The notes: generated from the sequence alone by a model not told the origin. Positions 27,244-36,841 are shown, counted from the stretch's first letter. The stretch: DNA of 64,000 nt from Oscillospiraceae bacterium (GCA_047602575.1 JASGGY010000001.1:142413-206412), one strand, 5' to 3'. Numbers and translations: made by a program.

Positions 27244-27266
27244 GTTGTGCGGGGTAACGCTGTGGG

Positions 27267-27920
27267 CTATTTCACGCCGTATTGTGCGCGGTAAGCGCGC
27301 ATTGCGTCGAGGTATTCTTTACCGGGGATCACGCCGGATTCAATCGCGGCGATGATGTCCTCCATGGTGACGATGGCATAAACGCGGATGCCGAACTCGG
27401 TGAACGCGTCCTGCACCGCGGAGGTTTCGCCCAGACCCTTTTCCATGCGATCCACGGTGATGAGCATCGCGCGCACTTCCACATCCGCAGCGGCTTTGAG
27501 CTTCGGGATGCTCTCGCGCAGGGCTTTTCCGGAGGTCATCACGTCCTCGATGATCGCAACGCGCTCGCCGTCAGTGAGCTGTTTTCCGACCAGCACGCCG
27601 CCCTCGCCGTGATCCTTGGCTTCCTTGCGGTCAAAGCAGTAGTTGACGGTCACGCCGAATTTGTTAAACAGCCCGACTGCCGCCGATGCCGCCAGCGGGA
27701 TGCCTTTATAGGCAGGACCGAACAGCGTGTCAACCTCGATCTTGTTTTCCGTCATACATTCCGCGTAATATTCGCCGAGCTTTGCAAGCTGCGCGCCGGT
27801 GCAGTATTCGCCGGTGTTGATGAAATAAGGCGCAATGCGTCCGCTTTTGAGGGTAAACGTGCCGAATTTCAGCACGTGGCTTTCGTACATGAATTGAATG
27901 AAGCTTTCTTTGTAGGTCAT
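27267..27920 (-). CDS. pyrE: orotate phosphoribosyltransferase
   Basis: 217 aa ORF with VLKFGTFTLKSGRIAPYFIN and the PRPP loop VAIIEDVMTSGKA. Confidence 0.85.
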   Translation of the reverse strand: MTYKESFIQFMYESHVLKFGTFTLKSGRIAPYFINTGEYCTGAQLAKLGEYYAECMTENKIEVDTLFGPAYKGIPLAASAAVGLFNKFGVTVNYCFDRKEAKDHGEGGVLVGKQLTDGERVAIIEDVMTSGKALRESIPKLKAAADVEVRAMLITVDRMEKGLGETSAVQDAFTEFGIRVYAIVTMEDIIAAIESGVIPGKEYLDAMRAYRAQYGVK

Positions 27921-27941
27921 TTGTACACTTCCCTTATCAAA

Positions 27942-28814
27942 TTAGAAGAACAATTCCAGCGCGATGCCGCTCACCGCGGCGGTTGCGTAAAGAATTCCCA
28001 GAATTGCGAAATTTTCTTTCAGGTGCTTGTTCGCTTTAAACAGCATCGCAAGCCCCACGCCGGCACTGGTGACAAGCCCCGCGATGACCGAGCCAAAGCT
28101 CAGTGCGCCGTCGATGTAAAGCTGTGTGATGATTGCCGAAGCCGCGCAGTTGGGAATGAAGCCGACAACCGCCGCGAGCAGGGGCTGGAACACGCTGTCG
28201 GTCATGAGGATTTTGCTGATGTTGTTCTCACCGGCAAAGGTGATGGCGCTGTTTAAAAGAAAGTTGACCGCGAACAGGAACAGCGCGATTTCCCCCGTGT
28301 GGCGCAGGGCGGAAAGAAAAACCGAATGCCCCTCGCAGCCGCAGTGCGTGCAGATTTCTTTGAAGTGGTCGGTGTTGTCGGCGCGGCGTTTTTTTCGCGC
28401 AACCCGCAGGACCGCGTCGATGAGGATACCCACGGTCAGGGCGATGAGGATTTTCACAACGACGATTTTCCACATGATGCCGAGGTTTGTTTTCAAATTC
28501 TCCGGGTCGGAAAGCAGGATGATGACCGCCTCGTCGCTGGTGGAAATATACACCGCAAGCAGCGTTCCAAGCGTCACGAGCCGTCCGGCGTAGAGATTTG
28601 TTGCCGCCACGGAAAAGCCGCACTGCGGCACAGCCCCCAGCAGCGCCCCTCCCGCGGGGCCGAACGGTCCGAGCTTTTTCAGCCCGCCCGCGAGCCTGCC
28701 TGCCTGGTGGTGTTCGAGAAATTCGATGAGTAAGAATGCAGCGTAAAGAAAGGGTGCTGTTTTTGCCGTGTCGAGCAGCGCGTCGAGAAAAACGTCCAGT
28801 AATTGTTGTGCCAT
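27942..28814 (-). CDS. multi-pass membrane protein, ArsP_2/DUF2899-like putative permease
   Basis: Start at MAQQLLDVFLD (SD AAAGGA). About 8-10 predicted TM helices, GAVPQCGFSVAATNLY and a duplicated FIPNCAASAI-type motif, and a central CTHCGCEGH loop. Confidence 0.5.
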   Translation of the reverse strand: MAQQLLDVFLDALLDTAKTAPFLYAAFLLIEFLEHHQAGRLAGGLKKLGPFGPAGGALLGAVPQCGFSVAATNLYAGRLVTLGTLLAVYISTSDEAVIILLSDPENLKTNLGIMWKIVVVKILIALTVGILIDAVLRVARKKRRADNTDHFKEICTHCGCEGHSVFLSALRHTGEIALFLFAVNFLLNSAITFAGENNISKILMTDSVFQPLLAAVVGFIPNCAASAIITQLYIDGALSFGSVIAGLVTSAGVGLAMLFKANKHLKENFAILGILYATAAVSGIALELFF

Positions 28815-28895
28815 AAAAATCCTTTCGCCCAAAAGTTGTCCGGCAAGAAGCCGGTTAGCCGTACCTTATCATTGTACAGGACAAGGAACGTTTTG

Positions 28896-30368
28896 TCAAG
28901 CGTCGGCGATGCTTTTCACCGGAAAACCGTTTTCGGCGAGCAGCTTCATCAACTCGCGCTCCCGCAGCTGGCGGATGTAATGGATGTTGCGGGTTTCGGA
29001 TACGGTATAAATCTTCACCGAACAGGTGCCGGCGCGCTTCTGGAAAACGGTGCGCCGGATGGTGAGCTTGCTGATTTTCGCGGTCGGAACGGTCACGCGG
29101 TGGAATTTATAAAGCTTGCAGTAGCTCAGCACCGCGAAGCCGTCGTCAAAACCGACGCCGGTTGTAAAGACCGAAAAGAGCTGCACGACCGAAAGCCACA
29201 CCAGCGGAATGCCCAGAATCACGCCTGCAAAGCGGATGATTTCCGACCAGACAGGGAAGAAAAACGCCCCCGCGATGCCGGCAGCCGCAACGCCCGCCGC
29301 CGCGCACAAAGGCGGCAGGAAGAAGCTTGCCGCGCGCCGCGCGCCGGGCTTGAGCGAGATTTTTACCGCGCGCATACCGGGCAGCAGCATTTTCAGTGAC
29401 GCGGGAACGTGCCGGATGGTCGTGATGGGGATGAGTGCTGCGATCTGGCGGCGCTTTTTGCCGTAGCCCGCGCAGTGGATGATGACCGAGCAGATGCGGA
29501 ACAGCTTGGTGAGCATATTCTGCTGCATATCGGCGTAGTTGATTTTGTTGATGCTTAAGATGGTTGCCTGACGTGTGAGGATGCCGCTTTCGATGACGAT
29601 GTTTGTGCCCGTGCGCATACTTGTAAAGCTCCAGTGGCGGATGACATTGGCGAGGAAGGACAAGAACCAGCCGCCGGAAATCAACACCGAAATGCCCAGC
29701 GCAATCGGCGGGATGTGAACGGCAAAGCGCTCCGCCGCCGTGCTGAGGCGGTAAAGCAGGCGATCCTCCAGCTCCTGCCCGACGATGCGCCCCGCCTGAT
29801 AAAAAAACGTCGCAAACAGCACCACACCTGAAAACGCCGACGAGAAAATCAGCGAAAACACCAGCAGATACAGGCTGCCGGAGGAATAGGTGTATTTCAT
29901 CACGTCGCGGTTTTCGGCGTTGAAAATATCCGCGAGGTGCCGGAAATCCGAATTGCGGACGGTCAGCACCAGATCCGAGGACTTTGCGCTGCCGGAGTTG
30001 GTGTCCACCGTGATCCGGCTTGCCCGGAACGCGCGGTAAAACACGCCCTGCTTGGCGTGAATTGACGTAACCTGTGCGTAAAAGATTTTCGATTCCATCA
30101 GCCCGAAATACCCCTGCCGTGCCACAATGCAGTCGCTCTCAAACCGGAACGACATGAACACCCATCGCAAAAACGCATAGGAAAAAATCAGCGCGATGAC
30201 AAGCACGTCCAGCCACCGCCCGCGCAGCCACGTCGCAAGGTCAAACTTCAGCGCCACCAGACTGCGCGTGAGCGGAATCAGCAGCAGCCAAAAGCTCTTT
30301 GTCGTATACGCCAGTATCCGGATCGGGTGCTGGCGAACCCCGAAAAACCGCTTTGAAAACCCCGTCAT
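28896..30368 (-). CDS. YdbT-like membrane protein with repeated bacterial PH (DUF304) domains
   Basis: 490 aa ORF with three repeats of two TM helices followed by a PH-like segment. Paired with the upstream YdbS-like gene. Confidence 0.6.
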   Translation of the reverse strand: MTGFSKRFFGVRQHPIRILAYTTKSFWLLLIPLTRSLVALKFDLATWLRGRWLDVLVIALIFSYAFLRWVFMSFRFESDCIVARQGYFGLMESKIFYAQVTSIHAKQGVFYRAFRASRITVDTNSGSAKSSDLVLTVRNSDFRHLADIFNAENRDVMKYTYSSGSLYLLVFSLIFSSAFSGVVLFATFFYQAGRIVGQELEDRLLYRLSTAAERFAVHIPPIALGISVLISGGWFLSFLANVIRHWSFTSMRTGTNIVIESGILTRQATILSINKINYADMQQNMLTKLFRICSVIIHCAGYGKKRRQIAALIPITTIRHVPASLKMLLPGMRAVKISLKPGARRAASFFLPPLCAAAGVAAAGIAGAFFFPVWSEIIRFAGVILGIPLVWLSVVQLFSVFTTGVGFDDGFAVLSYCKLYKFHRVTVPTAKISKLTIRRTVFQKRAGTCSVKIYTVSETRNIHYIRQLRERELMKLLAENGFPVKSIADA

Positions 30369-30377
30369 GTTCAGCCC

Positions 30378-30821
30378 CTACTTCCTTTTTCGGATCGCGT
30401 GATTGAGCGTGGCGGAAATCTCGATGACCTCGTTGGAACGCAGAAAGGCAAGCAGAACCTTTCCGCCTAACGCGTTGACGATGATGAAATTGAGTGCGGT
30501 AAAGCGCGAGAACGGAATCGTCACCGTGGTCAGATACTGAATCGAGCCGGTGAGCATATAATCCTTGCGCACAACGAAAAGCCCCGAAATTTTCGTGATG
30601 TCGTCCGCGGAAATCAGATAGCTGGTTTTTGCGAAATAAACCGGCAGCAGGAAAATCCCCACCGTCACAAAAACCCCCGCGCATATTGCGTACACGCAGT
30701 ACATAAGTATGGGATAAGCCTCCAGATAGCGGTTTGCGGCATAGCAAGCCGCGGCGCAGGCAAGAAAAATCAGCAGCCGGATAAAGGACAAAGCGCTTTT
30801 GTTGGGCTTGTATTTTCTCAT
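30378..30821 (-). CDS. YdbS-like bacterial PH-domain membrane protein
   Basis: 147 aa ORF with two TM helices plus a PH-like domain. Stop lies 10 nt before the start of the ydbT-like gene. Confidence 0.55.
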   Translation of the reverse strand: MRKYKPNKSALSFIRLLIFLACAAACYAANRYLEAYPILMYCVYAICAGVFVTVGIFLLPVYFAKTSYLISADDITKISGLFVVRKDYMLTGSIQYLTTVTIPFSRFTALNFIIVNALGGKVLLAFLRSNEVIEISATLNHAIRKRK

Positions 30822-30857
30822 AAAAACTTTGTCCTTTCGGCGGAAGGTGGAACGGAT

Positions 30858-32168
30858 TTGATTGCTCAGCTCAACGCGCGCTTATCGGAAGCCGTCTGGG
30901 GCGCGCCCGTCATTATACTTATGCTCGTGACCGGCGTTTTGTTCACCGTCGGCACAGGTTTTTTTCAGGTGCGCTGCGCGGGCAGAATCCTGCGCGAAAC
31001 GCTCGGCACGCTGTTTCATAAAACCCCCGGCGCGGACGCATCAAGCCTTTCGCAGCTCCAGACGGTGTCCGCGTCGTTGGGCGCAACCATCGGCACGGGT
31101 AGTGTGGTCGGCGTGGCGGCGGCGATTTCCGTCGGTGGGGCGGGTGCGGTGTTCTGGATGTGGGTGTCGGCATTTTTCGGGATGATGACGGCTTATGCGG
31201 AAAATGTCCTCGCGATTTTGTTCCGCGAAAAGAAAAACGGCGTCACTGTCTGCACCGCCGCGGATTATATGGAAAAAGGACTCGGCGCGCGGTGGATGGG
31301 AGTGATATTCTCGGTTTTCTGCGTGTTGGCTTCCTTCGGCATGGGCAACATGGCGCAGGGGAACGCCATCGCCGGTGCTTGCGCGGAAAGCTTCGGCGTT
31401 CCGGCGGCGGTGTGCGGGGCTGCGCTTACAGCACTGGTCTGTGCGGTGATGCTTGGCGGCAGAAAGCGCCTCGGGCGCGTGGCGGAGCGGCTTGTGCCGT
31501 TTATGGCGGTCTTTTTCATCGGCGGGGCGCTGGTGATTATCCTGCTCAATTGCAGCGAGCTCGGCGGTGCGTTCGGCGAAATTTTTGCCGGCGCGTTCGG
31601 CGTAAAGTCCGCGGCGGGTGGCGCGGTGGGGGTAACACTCCAGATGGCGGTTTCCACCGGCTTCCGGCGCGGAAGCTTTTCTCACGAAGCCGGACTCGGC
31701 TCAACCGTCGCACTCCATGCCGCCACAGAGGTCAGAGATCCTGTCAAGCAGGGAATGTGGGGCATTTTTGAGGTGTTCGTTGACACCATGGTCATCTGCA
31801 CGCTCACCGCGCTCGTCATCCTCGTCACCGGTCAGACCGGCGGCGGAAGTGACTGCATCGTGCGCGCGTTCTCGACGGGTTTCGGAACGCTGGGCGGCAC
31901 ATTCGTGTCCGTGTCCATCGCGCTGTTCGCCCTTGCGACCATCCTAAGCTGGTCATATATCGGCATCCAGTCATGGAACTGGCTGTTCCCGCGCTCAAAG
32001 GGCAGGCTCTATAAAAGCATCTTCTGTGTCGCGGCTTTTTTCGGCTGCACAATGAACCTGAAGCTCGTGTGGGACATCTCCGACACCTTTAACGGACTCA
32101 TGGCAATTCCAAACCTAACCGCATTACTGCTACTAAGCAGAAAAGTTTTTAAGGCGTCTAGAAGTTAG
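30858..32168 (+). CDS. sodium:alanine (AGCS family) symporter
   Basis: 436 aa ORF with TTG start. AGCS signature region LQTVSASLGATIGTGSVVGVAAAISVGGAGAVFWMWVSAFFGMMTAYAE. The stop codon lies inside a heptad repeat. Confidence 0.8.
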   Translation: MIAQLNARLSEAVWGAPVIILMLVTGVLFTVGTGFFQVRCAGRILRETLGTLFHKTPGADASSLSQLQTVSASLGATIGTGSVVGVAAAISVGGAGAVFWMWVSAFFGMMTAYAENVLAILFREKKNGVTVCTAADYMEKGLGARWMGVIFSVFCVLASFGMGNMAQGNAIAGACAESFGVPAAVCGAALTALVCAVMLGGRKRLGRVAERLVPFMAVFFIGGALVIILLNCSELGGAFGEIFAGAFGVKSAAGGAVGVTLQMAVSTGFRRGSFSHEAGLGSTVALHAATEVRDPVKQGMWGIFEVFVDTMVICTLTALVILVTGQTGGGSDCIVRAFSTGFGTLGGTFVSVSIALFALATILSWSYIGIQSWNWLFPRSKGRLYKSIFCVAAFFGCTMNLKLVWDISDTFNGLMAIPNLTALLLLSRKVFKASRS

Positions 32169-32375
32169 AAGTCAGAAGTCAGAGGTCAGAAGTCAGAAGC
32201 TAGGAGGGTAATCTGTACAGATTACCTCACATCGCAAACCAAATCCCATTGAGCATCACAAAGAGCAGGCGCGCCCGCACACTGATCGAAAAGCAGGCAC
32301 CCCAACGCGCGCAAAGGGTTTCCAAAGGGGGCATGCCCCCTTTAGCGGGGGTCTGGGGGCGAGGAGCCCCCAGTG
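32161..32375 (-). repeat. composite repeat unit: six heptads + variable hairpin + boxes + hairpin stack (arm A4)
   Basis: GAAGTTA GAAGTCA GAAGTCA GAGGTCA GAAGTCA GAAGCTA (32161-32202), palindrome GGTAATCTGTACAGATTACC (32207-32226), TCGCAAACCAAA, CAACGCGCGCAA, GGGTTTCC (32316), CCAAAGGGGGCATGCCCCCTTTAG, and CTGGGGGCGAGGAGCCCCCAG. Confidence 0.8.
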
Positions 32376-32381
32376 AAGTCC

Positions 32382-33233
32382 TCACAAAGTCACCTCGGCG
32401 TGTCTTGTGACGTGGCAGCCGATGTTGACGGCGACGGGGAGGCCGGCGATGTGGGTGGGGGCTTGTTCGATGTTGACGGCGAGGGCGGTGATTGAGCCGC
32501 CGAAGCCCTGCGGACCGATGCCGAGGCGGTTGATCTCGCGGAGGATGACGACTTCCATGCCGGCGTAGAGGGGATTGGGGTTGCGCACCGACACGGGGCG
32601 GCAGAGGGCTTTTTTCGCGAGATAGGCACAGCTTTCAAAATTTCCGCCGATGCCGACACCCACGACCATGGGCGGGCAAGGGTTCGACCCTGCTCTTGCG
32701 CAAACCTCGACGACGAAGTCCACGATATCCGCTTTGGACACCGAGGGAGTCATCATTTTCAGCGCGGACATATTCTCGCTGCCGAAGCCCTTTGGTGCGA
32801 CGACGATTTTCACTGATTCGCCGGGAACGAATCGGGTATGTACAACGGGCGGGGTGTTGTCGTCGGTGTTGACGCGCTCAAGCGGATCGGCGACAATCGA
32901 ACAACGCAGCTTGCCCTCCACATAGCCGCGCGCCACGCCGCGATTGATCGCTTCGTTGATGCCGCCGCCGGTGAAATGCACATCCTGCCCGACCTCGAGA
33001 AAAATCACCGCCATGCCGGTGTCCTGGCAAATCGGAATCTGCTCCTCGCGCGCGGCGATGAGGTTGTTCTTCATGTCGTCAAACACAGCCCGCCCGACGG
33101 GGGATTTCTCCTCCTTTGCGGCGCAGTTGATGCACGCCTCCAGATCGGCGGGGAGATATAAATTTGCTTTGATACAAAGCGCCCGCACCGCGTTTTCGAC
33201 TTCTAAAACGTTCAGCTCACGCACAGGGGACAT
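32382..33233 (-). CDS. class I Fe-S fumarate/tartrate hydro-lyase, alpha subunit
   Basis: 283 aa ORF with ..IPICQDTGMAVIFLEVGQDVHF.. and C-terminal ..VAVNIGCHVTRH, typical of the alpha (N-terminal) chain. No beta chain is adjacent. Confidence 0.8.
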   Translation of the reverse strand: MSPVRELNVLEVENAVRALCIKANLYLPADLEACINCAAKEEKSPVGRAVFDDMKNNLIAAREEQIPICQDTGMAVIFLEVGQDVHFTGGGINEAINRGVARGYVEGKLRCSIVADPLERVNTDDNTPPVVHTRFVPGESVKIVVAPKGFGSENMSALKMMTPSVSKADIVDFVVEVCARAGSNPCPPMVVGVGIGGNFESCAYLAKKALCRPVSVRNPNPLYAGMEVVILREINRLGIGPQGFGGSITALAVNIEQAPTHIAGLPVAVNIGCHVTRHAEVTL

Positions 33234-33251
33234 CCTCTTTCTATAATAAAT

Positions 33252-34412
33252 TTACAGTTTATCAACAACAATCTTTCCGTCCGCCACAACCATCACCGGA
33301 TCATTGGCAAGCGCCAGCGGGTCGCCGCAGAATACCGCGAAATCCGCGTCCTTGCCCGGCTCGATGCTGCCCACGCGGTCGGCGATGCCCGCGATTTCCG
33401 CCGCCTGTGCCGTAATGGCGCGCAGCGCGGCGCGCGGGTCAAGCCCGTTTTTCACCGCCAGCGCCGCCGACAGCGGAAGATACTGAATCGGCACTTCGCT
33501 GTGGTCGGTGCAGATGGCGATTTTTACTCCCGCAGCGTTCAGCAGCGCGGCATTTTTTGGAGTAAAGTGCGCAAGTTCGGGCTTGCTGCGGTCGCTGATA
33601 ACGGGCCCCACCACCGCGCAGGCGTTCTCTTGTGCAAGCTCGTCCGCGATCAGGCAGCCCTCCGTGCAGTGGATGAGCACATAGTCAAGGCTGAATTCCT
33701 TTGCGATGCGCACGGCGGTAAAAATATCGTCGCTACGGTGACAGTGAAAATGCGCGCGCGTTTCCCGCCGCAGAAGCGGCAGCAGGGCTTCACACTTCAG
33801 ATCAAACTCCGGCTCGTCCAGCTCGGGGTCATTTTTTGCGTCTTCAAGCGCCTTTGCGTAGCGCTTTGCCTTAAAGAGCGCCTCGCGGATGAGCGCCGCG
33901 ACACCCATGCGCGTCACGGGGGCGGCGTCCTTGTTGAGATAGGTCATCTTCGGGTTTTCGCCAAGGGAGAACTTCATGCCGATTTCGCGCATGAGCATCT
34001 TGTCCGCGCGGACTCCGTGCGTTTTCATGGCGATGATCGCGCCGGCAATGGTGTTGGTCGAACCGGGCGAAACCGCACAGCACGTCACACCCGCCGCAAT
34101 CGCATCGGCAAAGCACGCGTCGGTCGGATTCACTGCGTCCAGCACGCGCAGCTGGGGTGTGACGGGGTCGGAGTCCTCGTTAAAGTCCTCACCCTCGACA
34201 CCCACGCCGCTCGACGCAAGCCCAAGGTGTGTGTGTGCGTCCACAAAGCCGGGATAGAGTGACGTGCCACCAAGGTCAAGCCCGCCCGCGCAGTCGTCTG
34301 GTGTGCCTTCGGCGACGGCGGTGATTCTGCCGTTTTCCAGTATAACATAGCCGCAGTCGATTATTTTGTCGGATTGATTCATCGTAAAAATTTTACAGTT
34401 ATAAAAAATCAT
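33252..34412 (-). CDS. metal-dependent amidohydrolase family protein
   Basis: LYPGFVDAHTHLGL (HxH metal motif), later HCH and CTDH motifs. Start ambiguous between 34424 and 34412. Confidence 0.65.
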   Translation of the reverse strand: MIFYNCKIFTMNQSDKIIDCGYVILENGRITAVAEGTPDDCAGGLDLGGTSLYPGFVDAHTHLGLASSGVGVEGEDFNEDSDPVTPQLRVLDAVNPTDACFADAIAAGVTCCAVSPGSTNTIAGAIIAMKTHGVRADKMLMREIGMKFSLGENPKMTYLNKDAAPVTRMGVAALIREALFKAKRYAKALEDAKNDPELDEPEFDLKCEALLPLLRRETRAHFHCHRSDDIFTAVRIAKEFSLDYVLIHCTEGCLIADELAQENACAVVGPVISDRSKPELAHFTPKNAALLNAAGVKIAICTDHSEVPIQYLPLSAALAVKNGLDPRAALRAITAQAAEIAGIADRVGSIEPGKDADFAVFCGDPLALANDPVMVVADGKIVVDKL

Positions 34413-34420
34413 AAAGCCCC

Positions 34421-34978
34421 TCACGTAATTTCAAGATAAGTCAACGCGCCCGTGTTCGAATCGATGACATAGCCGCCCACGGCGATTTCCGCCGTAATCA
34501 GCGGATGACGGCGCAAAAGCCGCACGCTGTCCGCCACCGCTTCCTCCACGCCGGAAAAGCCCGAGAACCACGCGCGCGTGTCGGTGTGATGATCCATAAA
34601 ATCAAGCGCGTCCTCCGGAACGCCGCGCTTTCGCATCGCATCATAAAGGCTCTCGCGCGAGAGGCTGAGCGCGCCGCAGTCGGTGTGCCCGACGACCATG
34701 ATTTCCGCAGCGCCGAGCTGATAAACCGCCACCAGAAGGCTTTTCACCGCCTGATCGGTCAGGCTCGTCACCGAAGCCCCCGCGACTTTGATGATCTTTG
34801 CGTCGCCGTTTCTTAAGCCCAGCGCTTTGGGCAGCAGCACCGTCAGCCGTGTGTCCATACAGGTGAGAATCGCAAGCTTTCTGCGCGGGCTTTTCTGCGC
34901 GAGGAAGGGGACGTATTTTTTGTCGGCAACAAACGCGCAGTTGTATTCCAGAATCTCGCGGTTGGGCGTGTAAGCGAT
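34421..34978 (-). CDS. beta-class carbonic anhydrase (start codon unresolved)
   Basis: ILEYNCAFVADKKY..KLAILTCMDTRL..VVGHTDCG (Cys-Asp-Arg ... His-x-x-Cys zinc site). A strong SD (AAAGGAGG, 34988-34996) is present, but there is no ATG/GTG/TTG before the catalytic CMDTR. The rest of ORF 34421-35308 is antisense to the metK promoter and SAM riboswitch region and is not coding. Confidence 0.6.
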   Translation of the reverse strand: MAYTPNREILEYNCAFVADKKYVPFLAQKSPRRKLAILTCMDTRLTVLLPKALGLRNGDAKIIKVAGASVTSLTDQAVKSLLVAVYQLGAAEIMVVGHTDCGALSLSRESLYDAMRKRGVPEDALDFMDHHTDTRAWFSGFSGVEEAVADSVRLLRRHPLITAEIAVGGYVIDSNTGALTYLEIT

Positions 34979-35017
34979 GAGAACCAGCCTCCTTTTGGAT
35001 AAAAATATACCACAATC

Positions 35018-35046
35018 AGTATACCCTAAAGCGCCGGTTTTGTCAA
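35018..35046 (-). promoter_or_regulatory. putative sigma-A promoter of the carbonic anhydrase-amidohydrolase-fumarase operon
   Basis: Minus strand reads TTGACA (35041-35046), a 17-nt spacer, then TATACT (35018-35023). Confidence 0.5.
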
Positions 35047-35143
35047 AGCTTTTTGCGCGGTTTAAAATTATACTAAAATGATAGGATTTAAACCCGCGCG
35101 GCTGTGACAAAATCACAATTTTTCGGACAACGCGCCGCAGCGC

Positions 35144-35172
35144 TTGACAAGCTTCGCATGATCCGTTATAAT
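35144..35172 (+). promoter_or_regulatory. putative sigma-A promoter of metK
   Basis: TTGACA (35144-35149), a 17-nt spacer, then TATAAT (35167-35172), just upstream of the SAM riboswitch. Confidence 0.65.
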
Positions 35173-35186
35173 ATAGATACTGAATC

Positions 35187-35299
35187 GCCTTATCAAGAGT
35201 GGCTGAGGAAACAGGTCCTTTGAAGCCCGGCAACCTGATTAACCCGCGTAGGGTTAAAAAAGGTGCTAAATCCTGCGGAGTATTCCGGAAGATGAGGAT
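35187..35299 (+). promoter_or_regulatory. SAM-I (S-box) riboswitch aptamer
   Basis: CCTTATCAAGAGTGGCTGAGGAAACAGGTCCTTTGAAGCCCGGCAACC...AAGGTGCTAAATCCTGC...GAAGATGAGGA matches the S-box core (TTATCAAGAG, GAGGGA-like, GCAACC, AGGTGCTAA, AGATGAG). It sits upstream of metK. Confidence 0.85.
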
Positions 35300-35357
35300 A
35301 GGCATCATGGTACAAAAACGCGGGAAGCGGGTTTGTGTTGTGTGCGTATAAAAAATC

Positions 35358-35395
35358 TGCTTCGGAAACGGTATGGTTTTCGGAGTTTTTCTTTT
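35358..35395 (+). terminator. intrinsic terminator (expression platform of the SAM riboswitch)
   Basis: CTTCGGAAAC-GGTATG-GTTTTCGGAG hairpin (with G-U pairs) followed by TTTTTCTTTT, 65 nt before the metK ATG. Confidence 0.6.
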
Positions 35396-35459
35396 GTTAA
35401 AAAGGCGTTCGGGGAAAATCGATGTGACTGCCGGTGACGCGGTAGGAAAGGAGTTTAAA

Positions 35460-36635
35460 ATGGCAAACTATTTATTTACGTCAGAATCCGTGACGGAGGG
35501 GCATCCGGACAAGCTTTGTGATCAGGTTTCCGACGCGGTGCTTGACGCAATGCTCGCACAAGACCCCCTCTCGCGCGTGGCGTGCGAAACGGTTGCGACG
35601 ACAGGTGTCGTGATGCTGATGGGCGAGGTTTCGACCAATGCGAATGTGGACATCCCCGCCATTGTGCGGGAGGTTGTGACGGGCATCGGCTACAATTGCT
35701 CGGACTGCGGCTTTGACGGGAACACCTGCGCGGTGATGACGACGCTCGACAAGCAATCCCCCGACATCGCGATGGGCGTGGACAACGCGCTCGAAGGTCG
35801 CGCGGAAAACGCGTTCGACACGGGCGCGGGCGATCAGGGCATGATGTTCGGCTATGCCTGCGACGAAACGCCGGAGCTGATGCCGATGCCGGTTTCGCTC
35901 TCCCACCGCCTGGCAAAACGCCTGACGGAGGTGCGGAAGAGTGGGCTTCTGCCCTATCTGCGTCCGGACGGGAAAACGCAGGTGACGGTGGAATACGACA
36001 GCGGGCGCGTTGTGCGCGTGGACACGGTGGTGGTTTCCTCCCAGCATGACGACGCGGTGACGCTTGCACAAATCCGCGCCGATCTGATTGAACACGTCGT
36101 AAAGGCCGTGATTCCGTCAGAACTGCTTGACGAGAAAACCAAATATTTCATCAATCCCACCGGACGCTTTGTCATCGGCGGCCCGCACGGCGACAGCGGC
36201 TTGACGGGCAGAAAAATCATCGTTGACACCTACGGCGGCTATTCCCGTCACGGCGGCGGCGCGTTCTCAGGTAAAGACCCCACCAAGGTTGACCGTTCGG
36301 GTGCGTACGCGGCGCGCTATGTGGCGAAAAACATTGTCGCGGCGGGATTGGCAAAGCGCTGCGAGGTTGAGCTTGCATACGCAATCGGCGTTGCCCACCC
36401 CGTGTCCGTCATGGTGGACACATTCGGCACGGGTACGGTTTCCGATGCGGTGCTTTCCGCGGCGGTGCAGAAGGAATTCGACCTGCGCCCGGCTGCAATC
36501 ATCAAAGCCCTTGACTTAAGAAAGCCCCAGTACCGCGCCCTCGCGGCATACGGCCACATGGGGCGGGAGGAGCTTGGCGTTGCGTGGGAGAAAACCGACC
36601 GCATTCAAGCGTTAATAAACGCAGTGCAGGATTAA
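35460..36635 (+). CDS. metK: S-adenosylmethionine synthetase
   Basis: Start at [29 protein letters not shown] (SD GGAAAGGAG). Contains [12 protein letters not shown] and [16 protein letters not shown]. Confidence 0.9.
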   Translation: MANYLFTSESVTEGHPDKLCDQVSDAVLDAMLAQDPLSRVACETVATTGVVMLMGEVSTNANVDIPAIVREVVTGIGYNCSDCGFDGNTCAVMTTLDKQSPDIAMGVDNALEGRAENAFDTGAGDQGMMFGYACDETPELMPMPVSLSHRLAKRLTEVRKSGLLPYLRPDGKTQVTVEYDSGRVVRVDTVVVSSQHDDAVTLAQIRADLIEHVVKAVIPSELLDEKTKYFINPTGRFVIGGPHGDSGLTGRKIIVDTYGGYSRHGGGAFSGKDPTKVDRSGAYAARYVAKNIVAAGLAKRCEVELAYAIGVAHPVSVMVDTFGTGTVSDAVLSAAVQKEFDLRPAAIIKALDLRKPQYRALAAYGHMGREELGVAWEKTDRIQALINAVQD

Positions 36636-36790
36636 TGTCAGGGGGCGCCGCCCCCCGACACCTCCTGCCAAAGGGGGCATGCCCCCTTTGGAAACCCGTT
36701 GTTTTTGGAATTATAGTTTGTTTGCGTCTGTGAATTTGTGGGGATGTTCAGGTTTGGATGTTTACGGTGTTTCCGTTTATACTTTGATAT
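36635..36790 (+). repeat. hairpin-stack repeat (arm A5) in the metK 3' UTR
   Basis: GTCAGGGGGCGCCGCCCCCCGAC (36637-36659), CCAAAGGGGGCATGCCCCCTTTGGAAACCC (36668-36697), and an AT-rich tail. It lies between the metK stop and its terminator. Confidence 0.75.
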
Positions 36791-36792
36791 GT

Positions 36793-36841
36793 AAAGGCTG
36801 CACAGCGCGGGGAATGCGCAGTGCAGCCTTTTTTTATTTTT
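36793..36841 (+). terminator. intrinsic terminator of metK (lies downstream of the inserted repeat)
   Basis: AAAGGCTGCAC...GTGCAGCCTT stem followed by TTTTTATTTT. Confidence 0.7.
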
